Source: Kofleriaceae bacterium
Lineage (GTDB): Bacteria > Myxococcota_A > Polyangia > Haliangiales > Haliangiaceae
Assembly: GCA_035262925.1 (NCBI GenBank)
Contig: DATFRY010000602.1
Coordinates: 3,135-67,134, forward strand
Length of the DNA stretch: 64,000 nucleotides
Direction: 5' to 3'
Positions within the stretch are counted from its first letter, which is position 1. The number at the start of each line of letters is the position of its first letter. Shown here one piece after another: positions 36,152-44,937 of this stretch. The position numbers and the translations under genes were made by a program. The notes under the pieces are model-generated. The model ran no database searches. It saw nothing but the letters and a program-made list of their open reading frames with translations, and was not told the origin of the DNA.

Positions 36152-37002
36152 GGATGCCGGTGGCCGTTGATCGCCAGCTCGACTATGGTGGTCGAGCCCT
36201 CGAGGTCCTCCGAGTCATCGTCGCCGTCGTCGCCGTCTTCTTTGGCCGGCGCACCGCCCACCGCCAGCTTGAGCGAGCGCGCCGCCTTGGTCTCCGGAAG
36301 CGGGTGAGACTCGATTCGCACCATGGTCAGGCGGCGCTGCTGGTCGTAGATGAGGTACTCGCCCAGGAAGAGCTCGTAGCGGATCCCGTTCCGGACGAAC
36401 GTGATGTAGCTCGGCTCGAGGAGGTAGCAGGCGAGGTGCCCGTTGCTGGTCTGCACCAGCTTCCCGCAATTGGCCGAGGGCGAGCCATCCAGCTGGGTGT
36501 GCAGTTCGTCGAGCTTGGACGCCAGGTGTCCGTGGTTCTGCGCGTGGCGCTTGATGTCCGCGAGGCTGCACGGCCCGTCCGGAATGTGAGGCTTCCGTCT
36601 CTCGAGCGCGCGGTCCCTCCCGTTGACCCACAGGCCCCGCAGGGTCACCGTCTCTTCGATGAAGCGGTGCTGGTTGGTGAAAGTGGAGACGAGCGTGGCG
36701 CTCACGAAGTCGGCGCGCACCAGGCCGGCGAACTCTAGGCCCTCGACCGTGCAGGTCGTGCGCGTCTCGTGAGTCTCGACGTCCCCGCTTGCCATGTAGC
36801 TGTCACCGCTGGCGGCGCTGCTCGCGTACCTGAAACGCACTCGATCGTCCAGGTTCAGCGCCTCCTCGCGCACGCTAGCCTGGCCGCCGACGCGGGTGAG
36901 AGCGACCGTTCCCCTGACTTCGCGGCGGCGCGGCCGTTCGAGCCGCGCACCGAAGGCGACGACATCTCCATGGTAGACGAACACCGGGGTCTCGGGAGGC
37001 AT
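36148..37002 (-). CDS. unknown-family protein, paralog 1 of 3 (284 aa)
   Basis: MPPETPVFVYHGDVVAFGARL...TCTVEGLEFAGLVRAD...FLGEYLIYDQQRRLTMVRIES..., then the acidic linker KEDGDDGDDDSEDLEG, then ...TTIVELAINGHRHP at the stop. No signal peptide. RBS GAAAGGAAG. Confidence 0.75.
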   Translation of the reverse strand: MPPETPVFVYHGDVVAFGARLERPRRREVRGTVALTRVGGQASVREEALNLDDRVRFRYASSAASGDSYMASGDVETHETRTTCTVEGLEFAGLVRADFVSATLVSTFTNQHRFIEETVTLRGLWVNGRDRALERRKPHIPDGPCSLADIKRHAQNHGHLASKLDELHTQLDGSPSANCGKLVQTSNGHLACYLLEPSYITFVRNGIRYELFLGEYLIYDQQRRLTMVRIESHPLPETKAARSLKLAVGGAPAKEDGDDGDDDSEDLEGSTTIVELAINGHRHP

Positions 37003-37043
37003 GGCTTCCTTTCACCGCGCGTGGCGCCCCGCAAGGGGCCCGC

Positions 37044-37829
37044 TCACGGATGTCTGTGGCCGTTTATTTCGAGCTCCAGGAAGACGAGCGAGCCGTTCTG
37101 CGGCCCTGCCGCCGCCAGAGGCGCGGCCTGCATGCCGGCCGGCCTCATTTCGACTCGGAGCATGGTCAGGCGGCGGCTCTGGTCCGCGACCCGGTACTCG
37201 CCCACGAACACGTCGATCTCCGAGGCCCCCTGAACGATGCGCAAGGGCATCCGCGCCACCGTGTTGTTCACGGTCGGCTCGAGGACGAAGCAGGTGACGT
37301 CACCGGTTCCGTTCGTCCCCGCATCCATGCAGTTCTGCAGGACGGCCGGGTCGTTCTGCATTCGCAGTCTCAGGGCCGCGACGCTCGGGCTGGCCTGCAC
37401 CGTGTCGAGCACATGTCGGCTCATCGAGTATTGCGCCACCTGACCATCCAGCTGGAGGCCGTCCAGCACGACCTCCTGGCTGAACGAGTGCTGCCCATTG
37501 GCGTAGACAGACGTGATCTCGGCGCTGAGATGGTCGGCCTTGAGGATACCGGGCAACCGAAGACCCTCGATGGTGCAGGCCACCTCGGTCTTTGAGTTGT
37601 TGACGGTCCCCTCGCCGACGGCCCGACTCGTCACTCGATCGACCCGAGCGGGCTGCGGGCTGAAACCTCCGACAGGGCCCAGGTCCCACGGGCCCTCGTC
37701 GACGTGGAGCTCGCCGCCCACGCGGGGCAGCGCCAAAGCGCCCTTCACGTTGCGGACGCGGGGCCCCTCCAGCTGGGCCCCGAACGGGAACACCTCACCG
37801 TGAAACAGGAACGACGATGCAACCGGCAT
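37044..37829 (-). CDS. unknown-family protein, paralog 2 of 3 (261 aa)
   Basis: ATG 37829 (MPVASSFLFHGEVFPFGAQL) is preceded by GAGGAGGAG. ACTIEGLRLPGILKAD...FVGEYRVADQSRRLTMLRVEM...SLVFLELEINGHRHP at the stop. Confidence 0.75.
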   Translation of the reverse strand: MPVASSFLFHGEVFPFGAQLEGPRVRNVKGALALPRVGGELHVDEGPWDLGPVGGFSPQPARVDRVTSRAVGEGTVNNSKTEVACTIEGLRLPGILKADHLSAEITSVYANGQHSFSQEVVLDGLQLDGQVAQYSMSRHVLDTVQASPSVAALRLRMQNDPAVLQNCMDAGTNGTGDVTCFVLEPTVNNTVARMPLRIVQGASEIDVFVGEYRVADQSRRLTMLRVEMRPAGMQAAPLAAAGPQNGSLVFLELEINGHRHP

Positions 37830-37956
37830 GGTCCCTCTCCTCCTCACCCTTGACGTGTGGATGGTGATCCGACGCCGCCGGCCGTTTCACCGGGTGCATC
37901 GGAAAACGCCCTCCACTCCCTCCTCAGCCCCATCGCCGCGGGACCTGCATTGTAGG

Positions 37957-37981
37957 CAACTTGTGCCGGCCTTGCACAAGT
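37957..37981. promoter_or_regulatory. perfect inverted repeat AACTTGTGC-N7-GCACAAGTT overlapping a candidate minus-strand promoter
   Basis: Arms of 9 bp in the 188-bp gap between paralogs 3 and 2. On the minus strand GTGCAA (37971-37976), a 17-nt spacer and TACAAT (37948-37953) fit a sigma-70-like promoter. Confidence 0.4.
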
Positions 37982-38017
37982 TCTGGGCGAACGGCCGGGG
38001 CGGGCGGCCAGGGGATG

Positions 38018-38779
38018 TCAGGGATGGGTGTGTCCGTTGACCCGCAGCTCCAGCAGGACCACGGTCCCTTCGGGTGACGAGGAGGACTCGGCCTTTCCGT
38101 CGCGCGCGCCGGCCGGCGTCATCTCGATGCGCATCATGGTGAGGCGGCGCTGGCGCTCGGACATGAGGTACTCGCCCAGGAACACCTGGTAGTCGGTCGC
38201 GTCCGCGCGAAAGCGCAGCTGGGGCGGGTCGAAGAGATGGCAGGCGATGTCGCCGGCGCCGGTCGTGCGGGGCTGGCCGGCCGGGTCGAACTGCGTGCCG
38301 GCCGCGGCCAGTGACCGGTGCAGGCGCACGTCGTGGACGGCAGCCGAGCGGAGCCGGGCCAGGGTCGGGCAGGCGCGCACGCTGGACAGGACCTGGGCGT
38401 CGGCGTCCCGGTACTCGCCGTTGGCCCACAGCCCCTTGAGCGTGACGGTCTCCTCGCAGAAGTGGTGATCGCTGACATAGCTCGACGTGAGGACCGCGCT
38501 CAGGAGGTCCGCGCGCAGCACGCCGGCGACGTCGAGCCCCTCGATGGAGCACGTGACCCGGGTCTCGTAGGCGTCGCCGTAGCGCTCGCCGCTCACGCTG
38601 CTGGCCGCGTAGTCGAAGCGCACCAGCGCGCCCGGGTCCGAGGGCTCGAGGACGCTCGCGCGGCCGCCCGCGCCGGGCAGCGCGACCGCGCCCTTGACGT
38701 CGCGCAGGCGCGGCTGGTCGAGGCGCGCCGCGTAGGCGACCACCTCCCCGTGGTAGAGGAAACGGCGCTGGGGGGTCAT
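38018..38779 (-). CDS. unknown-family protein, paralog 3 of 3 (253 aa)
   Basis: MTPQRRFLYHGEVVAYAARL...TCSIEGLDVAGVLRAD...FLGEYLMSERQRRLTMMRIEM...GTVVLLELRVNGHTHP at the stop. The ATG lies 11 nt after the anti-sigma stop. Confidence 0.75.
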   Translation of the reverse strand: MTPQRRFLYHGEVVAYAARLDQPRLRDVKGAVALPGAGGRASVLEPSDPGALVRFDYAASSVSGERYGDAYETRVTCSIEGLDVAGVLRADLLSAVLTSSYVSDHHFCEETVTLKGLWANGEYRDADAQVLSSVRACPTLARLRSAAVHDVRLHRSLAAAGTQFDPAGQPRTTGAGDIACHLFDPPQLRFRADATDYQVFLGEYLMSERQRRLTMMRIEMTPAGARDGKAESSSSPEGTVVLLELRVNGHTHP

Positions 38780-38790
38780 GGCTCGCTCCT

Positions 38791-39573
38791 TCAGCGGCGG
38801 TCGAGATTGAACGAGTAGCGCGCGATCGGCGCCTGGGCGCCGTCTCCCGTGGCTCCCCCCTCCCCCTCTCCCTCCACCACGAGGACGTACGACCCGGTCG
38901 CCAGCTCAGCGACCGGCAGCAGGAGGTCGAGCTCGCCGTCCTGCGCCGAGCGGGCGCTCACCTTTTCGGCCTGCACGGTGCGGCCCTGCGCATCCTGGAG
39001 CTCGACGCGATAGCTGGGGAACGGCCGGTCCCAGCTGCGCGACAGCGTCACGGCCACGTGCCGCTCCTCGGGCGCCACCTTGATGGTGGGCGCCTCGGCG
39101 CGGCTCAGGGTCAAGAAGTACGACGGCACCGCCTGGAGCGACTCTGCCCTGTCCACCCGGCTCTCGAGGCGCGGGATGACCACGAAGCCCTGGTACGAGG
39201 CGATGCACAGACCGGCCGCGAGCCCGGCCAGCGCCGAGGCGTAGGGCCTGAGGTGGCGGAGGCGCTCGCGCTTGCGGCGGGCGCGCGCGGCCACCCGGGC
39301 CGCCTCTCGCGCCGCGGTGTGCGCGGCGTCCGGCGCCGGCGACGCGGCGCGCGGCAGCGCACGGACCACCGCGCCGGCCTCCGCGACGGTCTCCACGCCG
39401 GCCGCGGGCAGCGAACCGGCCCCGGCCATCACGGCGGTGGCGGCGCGGACGTCCTCCGCGCACTCGAGGCAGCCGAAGAAGTGCTCCTCGAAGGCCTCGC
39501 GCTGGGCGTCGTCGAGCGTGCCGAGCGCGTATCGCTCGGTGGCGCCCAGGCTGATGGCCTCCTGATGGTCCAT
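38791..39573 (-). CDS. anti-sigma factor (zf-HC2) with one TM helix and an extracytoplasmic beta-rich domain
   Basis: N-terminal HFFGCLECAEDV (H-x3-C-x2-C). TM segment ALAGLAAGLCIASYQGFVVI. ATG lies 2 nt after the sigma-factor stop. Confidence 0.8.
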   Translation of the reverse strand: MDHQEAISLGATERYALGTLDDAQREAFEEHFFGCLECAEDVRAATAVMAGAGSLPAAGVETVAEAGAVVRALPRAASPAPDAAHTAAREAARVAARARRKRERLRHLRPYASALAGLAAGLCIASYQGFVVIPRLESRVDRAESLQAVPSYFLTLSRAEAPTIKVAPEERHVAVTLSRSWDRPFPSYRVELQDAQGRTVQAEKVSARSAQDGELDLLLPVAELATGSYVLVVEGEGEGGATGDGAQAPIARYSFNLDRR

Positions 39574-39575
39574 GA

Positions 39576-40217
39576 TCAGTGGCTCCGCTGCAGGGGGCGC
39601 GGCGAGGCGCCGCCGCCCCCCTGGCCCCCGCCCTGCTGGTAGCGCAGGCGGAAGCTCTCCTTGGCGCGGTGCAGGAGGACGCGCAGGTAGTCGCGGTCGA
39701 CCTTGAACTGCTCGCAGATGGAGTCGCGGCTGTCCTCGTCCAGGTAGACGGCGCGGAGCAGGCTCCGATCGCGTTCGGGCAGCTCCGCGAGCACCTTCTG
39801 CACCTCGGCGCGCTGCTCCTCGGAGATGAGCCCGTTGACCGCGTCGGTCGAGCCGCCGGCGGTGGGGCCCGAGGCGATCTCCTCCGGGAGCTCCTCGTAG
39901 CGGCGAGAGCGCGAGGCCTCGAGCAGAACCTTGTTGCAGACCGAATTCACCAGAGCTCCCAGCCTTTCTGGATGCTGGACGCCCGACGCCGATCGCAGGA
40001 TGCGGAACACTCGCAGGAACGTCTCTTGCCGCACGTCATCGATGGCGTGCTGTGACTTGAGACGACGGCGCAGCTTGATCGAGATCAGCTGGCCAAAGTA
40101 GGCCGCAAAGTGCGCTTCGACCTCCGGGTCCCCCTGACAGAGCCGACCGAGGTAAGCCTCGTCGAACTGCTTGAAGATCACGGGACCTCGCGATCGAAAC
40201 GGAACGATTATACCCAC
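39576..40217 (-). CDS. ECF-type RNA polymerase sigma factor
   Basis: Region 2 (IDDVRQETFLRVF) and region 4 (LPERDRSLLRAVYLDEDSRDSICEQFKVDRDYLRVLLHRAKESF). The track start is GTG 40217. GTG 40181 (VIFKQFDEAY..., GAGGT 4 nt upstream) is more likely, because the first 12 codons are AT-rich and contain a TATAAT box. Confidence 0.85.
   Translation of the reverse strand: MGIIVPFRSRGPVIFKQFDEAYLGRLCQGDPEVEAHFAAYFGQLISIKLRRRLKSQHAIDDVRQETFLRVFRILRSASGVQHPERLGALVNSVCNKVLLEASRSRRYEELPEEIASGPTAGGSTDAVNGLISEEQRAEVQKVLAELPERDRSLLRAVYLDEDSRDSICEQFKVDRDYLRVLLHRAKESFRLRYQQGGGQGGGGASPRPLQRSH
40207..40212 (-). promoter_or_regulatory. candidate -10 box (TATAAT) for the sigma/anti-sigma operon
   Basis: Perfect TATAAT on the minus strand ~25 nt upstream of GTG 40181. 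Only a weak -35 (CAGATA) at 18-nt spacing. Confidence 0.3.
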
Positions 40218-40305
40218 AAATCGCTCCCCTTATCTGCCCTCCGCGAGGCCCCGTCCACGCTCGAGGGCATTTGGTGAGGATAGTGACGGCCGGCCCGCGG
40301 GCGTT

Positions 40306-41280
40306 TCATGGAGGGATCGATTTCGTGCGCAATTGCTGCGCCCGGTCGCTCGGGCGGCGAGCCACCGGAAACAATGTCCAGCCCAGCCGCTCATGCACGA
40401 GGCCCGCGATGCCGCGCGGCGCGATCAGCATGACCGCGACCGAGGTCGTGCCCAGCACGATGAGGTTGACCGCGCCGCTGCCCCCGAGCTGCTGCTGCAC
40501 CAGCACGTAGATGGCGGCGCCGATGAGCGGCCCCTCCACCGTGCCGAGCCCGCCGACCACGGCCATGAAGCTGGCCGCCGCCACCCACTGGATCGAGAAG
40601 GCCGCGTTGGGCTGGATGAACGGCGTCTGCACCGCGGTCAGGGCGGCGGCCAGCCCGGTCCCGGCCGCGGCCACGGCGAAGGCGAACAGCTTGACCCGCC
40701 AGACGTCGACGCCGAGGCCGGCCGCGGCCTCCTCGCCGTCGCGCACCGCCATGAGCGCGAGCCCGGCCCGGGAGCGGAGCAGCGCGACCACCAGCGCGCA
40801 GGCGCCGCCGGCCAGCCCGACCGAGGCGTAGTAGATGACCCATGGATCGACCCGGCGCGCGGCGCGGATGAACATGCCCGACGCGAACCCGACGTAGGCC
40901 CAGTTGCCGAACAGGAGGCGGAAGATCTCGGCCACCACCCAGCTGCCGACCGCGAAGTAGCCGCCGCGCAGCCGGAACGTGAGCGCGCCGATGGGCAGCG
41001 CGAGCAGACCGCAGACGGCGGCGGCCAGGGCGAACGACGGCCAGATTCCCAGACCCAGGCGCTCGCTCGCGATGGCCAGGGTGTAGGCGCCGAGCCCGAT
41101 GTAGAGCTGCTGGCCGAAGGTGACCAGCCCGGCGTATCCGGCCAGGAGGTTCCACATCTGCGCGATGGCCGCGTGGTAGCAGAGGATGATGAGGGTCGAG
41201 CGCGCGCCGGCGTCGGCCCACAGGGGGAGCGAGAGGAGCGCGAGCGCGGCGCCCCCCAGGATGGCGATGCGGGCGATCAT
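40306..41280 (-). CDS. branched-chain-type ABC transporter permease (LivM-like)
   Basis: ATG 41280 (MIARIAILGG...) within ORF 40306..42396 overlaps the LivH-like stop (ATGA). Multiple TM segments. 324 aa. Confidence 0.85.
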   Translation of the reverse strand: MIARIAILGGAALALLSLPLWADAGARSTLIILCYHAAIAQMWNLLAGYAGLVTFGQQLYIGLGAYTLAIASERLGLGIWPSFALAAAVCGLLALPIGALTFRLRGGYFAVGSWVVAEIFRLLFGNWAYVGFASGMFIRAARRVDPWVIYYASVGLAGGACALVVALLRSRAGLALMAVRDGEEAAAGLGVDVWRVKLFAFAVAAAGTGLAAALTAVQTPFIQPNAAFSIQWVAAASFMAVVGGLGTVEGPLIGAAIYVLVQQQLGGSGAVNLIVLGTTSVAVMLIAPRGIAGLVHERLGWTLFPVARRPSDRAQQLRTKSIPP

Positions 41281-42143
41281 CCGGGCGCCGTCCTCGGCAT
41301 GAGGCCCTGGGGGCGGAACAGGAGCACGAGCAGGAAGACCATGTGGCCGGCGACCAGCGCGTAGCTCGGGCCCAGGAAGCGCGCGCCCAGGAGCTGCGCC
41401 ACCGCCAGCAGGATGCCGCCCACGAACGTGCCGGTGATGCTGCCCAGGCCGCCCACCACGACCACCTCGAAGGCGATGAGCAGGACCTCGGAGCCGGTCG
41501 ACGGATAGAACGTCGACGTCGCCGCCAGCAGCATGCCGGCCACGCCGCCCAGCGCGGCCGCGATGCCTCCGGCCACCGCGAACATGCGGGCGGTGTCGAT
41601 GCCCATGGTGCGCGCGGTCTCGGGGTCGTCGGAGGTGGCGCGCAGGGCGCGGCCCAGCGCGGTGCGGCCGAGCAGGACCAGGAGCGCCGCCAGGCACGAC
41701 AGACCGACGCCGAAGTCGACCAGGCGGATGAGCGGCACGGTGATGCCGCCGAGCGGGGCGCCGGCCGAGGCCAGGGGGGTGTGCAGGGTGCGCGCGTCGG
41801 CCGTCATCCACAGGAGGAGCGCGTTCTGCATCACCATGGAGAGGCCGAAGGTGACGATGAGCGGCGGCAGGACGCCGCGCCCGAGGGCGCGCTGGATGAT
41901 GAAGCGCTGGAGCGCCCAGCCGACCACGAACATGGCCGGCACCACGACCGCGGCGGCGACGAGCGGCGGCAGGCCGAGCGGCACCAGGCCGACGACCAGG
42001 AAGTAGGCGCCCAGCACCACGAGCTCGCCGTGGGCCAGATGGACCAGGCGCATGATGCCGAAGTTGATCGACAGGCCGAGGCCGATCAGGCCATACAGCC
42101 CGCCCAGCAGGACGCCGTTGACGAGGGTCTGGACCAGCTCCAT
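41277..42143 (-). CDS. branched-chain-type ABC transporter permease (LivH-like)
   Basis: MELVQTLVNGVLLGGLYGLIGLGLSINFGIMRLVHLAHGE is a typical LivH N-terminus. 288 aa. Confidence 0.9.
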   Translation of the reverse strand: MELVQTLVNGVLLGGLYGLIGLGLSINFGIMRLVHLAHGELVVLGAYFLVVGLVPLGLPPLVAAAVVVPAMFVVGWALQRFIIQRALGRGVLPPLIVTFGLSMVMQNALLLWMTADARTLHTPLASAGAPLGGITVPLIRLVDFGVGLSCLAALLVLLGRTALGRALRATSDDPETARTMGIDTARMFAVAGGIAAALGGVAGMLLAATSTFYPSTGSEVLLIAFEVVVVGGLGSITGTFVGGILLAVAQLLGARFLGPSYALVAGHMVFLLVLLFRPQGLMPRTAPG

Positions 42144-42146
42144 CGG

Positions 42147-42862
42147 TCAGCCGAAGTATGCGCGCCTGACCTCCTCGAGCGAGCGCGCCGGCGAGCGGCC
42201 CGCCAGGCGGACGGTGCCGCGGTGGAGGCAGACCACGTGATCGGAGAAGGCGAGGCCGCGCGCGACGTCCTGCTCGACGAACACCAGCGTGACCCCCTCG
42301 CCGCGGATGCGGCCCAGCGCCCGGTAGAGATCGCGCACCACGACCGGCGACAGGCCGAGCGAGACCTCGTCGCACAGGAGCAGGCGCGGCTCGCACAGGA
42401 GCGCGCGCCCGATGGCCAGCATCTGCTGCTGGCCGCCCGACAGCCGGGTGCCGGGCCGGCCGGCCGCCTCGCGCAGATCGGGGAACAGCTGGTAGACGCG
42501 CTCGCGGCTCCAGCGGCGCGATTGCCCGCGCCCGCGCCGGCGGTGGCGGTCCTCCGCCACGCGCAGGTTCTCGTCGACCGACAGGCTCGGGAAGATGCGC
42601 CGGCCCTCGGGCACCAGCGCGATGCCGCGGCGGACGATGCGGTGGGCGGGCAGACCGCCGAGCGGCTCGCCGTCGAACACCACCGCGCCGCCGGCGGCCC
42701 GGTGCAGGCCGGCGATGGCGCGAAACAGGGTGGTCTTGCCTGCGCCGTTGGCGCCGATCACGGCCAGCGCCTCGCCGGCCGCGAGCTCGAAGGACACGCC
42801 GCGCAGCGCCTGCAGCTGGCCGTGAAACGCGTCGAGCGCGTCGACGCGGAGGAGCGGGCCGC

Positions 42863-42866
<4 letters not shown>
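42147..42866 (-). CDS. ABC transporter ATP-binding protein (LivF-like)
   Basis: GTG 42866 overlaps the upstream stop (GTGA). Walker A GANGAGKTT, signature LSGGQQQM, Walker B LLLCDE. Confidence 0.85.
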
Positions 42867-43627
<761 letters not shown>

Positions 43628-43630
43628 GCG

Positions 43631-44914
43631 TCAGCCGGCGATGGCCTTCATCTCGGCCGTCTTGGGGATGGCCTCCGCCGTGGCGTTGTAGACCACGCGC
43701 AGGTCCCACGGGTACTTCTCGCCCTTGGTCCACTGGCCGCCGACCAGCGGCGTGCGGGCCACGTGCTTGTCGTCGAACTGGATGGGCCCGACGATGGTGT
43801 CGAGCTTGGTGGCGGCCAGCGCCTGCCGCACCTTGTCCTTGTCCGCCGTCCCGGCGCGGGCCAGGACGTCGGCCGCGAGCTCGAACATCGCGTAGACGAA
43901 GCCGAGCGGCTGCGACCACTGCTGCGGGAAGGCGCCGGCCAGATCGCCCGCGCTCTCGCCGGTGAGCGACGACTTGAACGGGTGCGACGGGCTCCACCAC
44001 ACCTCGGACGTGAGGCCCTCGGGCAGGGCGCCGCCGATGGCCTCGACCGCGGCCGGGAACAGGATCGCCTTGCCGATGCTGGCGATCTTCGGCTTGTAGC
44101 CCTGCTGCGCGCACTGGCGCCAGCACGCGGCCCAGTCGGGCGGGATGGGTACGCCGGTGATGATCTCGGCGCCCGCCTTCTTCCACTGCTGGATGAAGAC
44201 GGTGAAGTCGGTGGTGCCGTTCGGGTAGCGGCCCGGGTCGACCACCTTGTAGCCCTTGTCGGTCAGCGCCTTGGTGAAGGCGCCGGTCCAGGCGGTGCCG
44301 TCGGGATCGTTGGGCCAGAGGCCGCCCACCACCTTGTTGGTCGGGACTGCGTCCCACATGCCGGTGAAGACCTGGATGATGTCGGGCAGGTCCCAGAAGA
44401 AGTGATAGGTCCACTCGTAGGGGCCGCCCGACAGCCAGGGCCCGATCGGCGCGACCGTCGAGATGCACGGCGTGCGGCTGGCCTCGCACACCGCGCCGAC
44501 CGGGTTGGTGGTGTCGGGGGTGTGGGCGACGACCATGAGGTCGACCTTGTCGCCGGCGATCAGTGACTGGGCGACCTCGCCGGCCTTGGTCGGGTTCGAC
44601 TGGCTGTCGACCGGCTTCACGCGGAAGGCGGCGCGCGCGCCGTCGACGGTGATGGCCTTGGCGTCGAGCGCCTTGACCACGCGCTCGATGATGAAGGCGT
44701 CGGCCGCGGCGAACGGGGCCAGCGGCCCGGTCTGCGGGCTGACGTAGCCGATGGTGATCTGGCGCGTGCCGCCGCCACCACCTCCACCTCCGCCGGCCGC
44801 GTTGTCCGCGCTCGCCTTCTGCTCGGATTTCTTGCAGCCCGCCACGGCCAGGGCGAGCGCGCCGCCCGCCGACCACTCGAGGAACGTCCGACGCCCGATG
44901 CCTCCGCCCGCCAT
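43631..44914 (-). CDS. ABC substrate-binding lipoprotein (Leu/Ile/Val-binding-protein fold)
   Basis: ATG 44914 is preceded by GGAGGAGG. Tat-like signal and lipobox GRRTFLEWSAGGALALAVAGC. ITIGYVSPQTGPLAPF is typical of the Peripla_BP_6 family. Confidence 0.85.
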   Translation of the reverse strand: MAGGGIGRRTFLEWSAGGALALAVAGCKKSEQKASADNAAGGGGGGGGGTRQITIGYVSPQTGPLAPFAAADAFIIERVVKALDAKAITVDGARAAFRVKPVDSQSNPTKAGEVAQSLIAGDKVDLMVVAHTPDTTNPVGAVCEASRTPCISTVAPIGPWLSGGPYEWTYHFFWDLPDIIQVFTGMWDAVPTNKVVGGLWPNDPDGTAWTGAFTKALTDKGYKVVDPGRYPNGTTDFTVFIQQWKKAGAEIITGVPIPPDWAACWRQCAQQGYKPKIASIGKAILFPAAVEAIGGALPEGLTSEVWWSPSHPFKSSLTGESAGDLAGAFPQQWSQPLGFVYAMFELAADVLARAGTADKDKVRQALAATKLDTIVGPIQFDDKHVARTPLVGGQWTKGEKYPWDLRVVYNATAEAIPKTAEMKAIAG

Positions 44915-44937
44915 GGGATCCTCCTCCGCGGCCACGC

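Noticed and set aside
36148-38779. Calling the three paralogs bacterial gasdermins outright.
   Set aside because: They have no N-terminal Cys and no motif I can tie to gasdermins. Only size, the neighbouring protease and the linker-plus-tail layout are similar, so I kept this as a testable analogy rather than an annotation.
40285-40308. An ECF-type autoregulatory promoter (GAAAC...CGTC) upstream of the sigma gene.
   Set aside because: The spacer is about 14 nt rather than the usual 16-17, and the -35-like element overlaps the stop of the upstream permease gene. The evidence is too weak to report as a feature.
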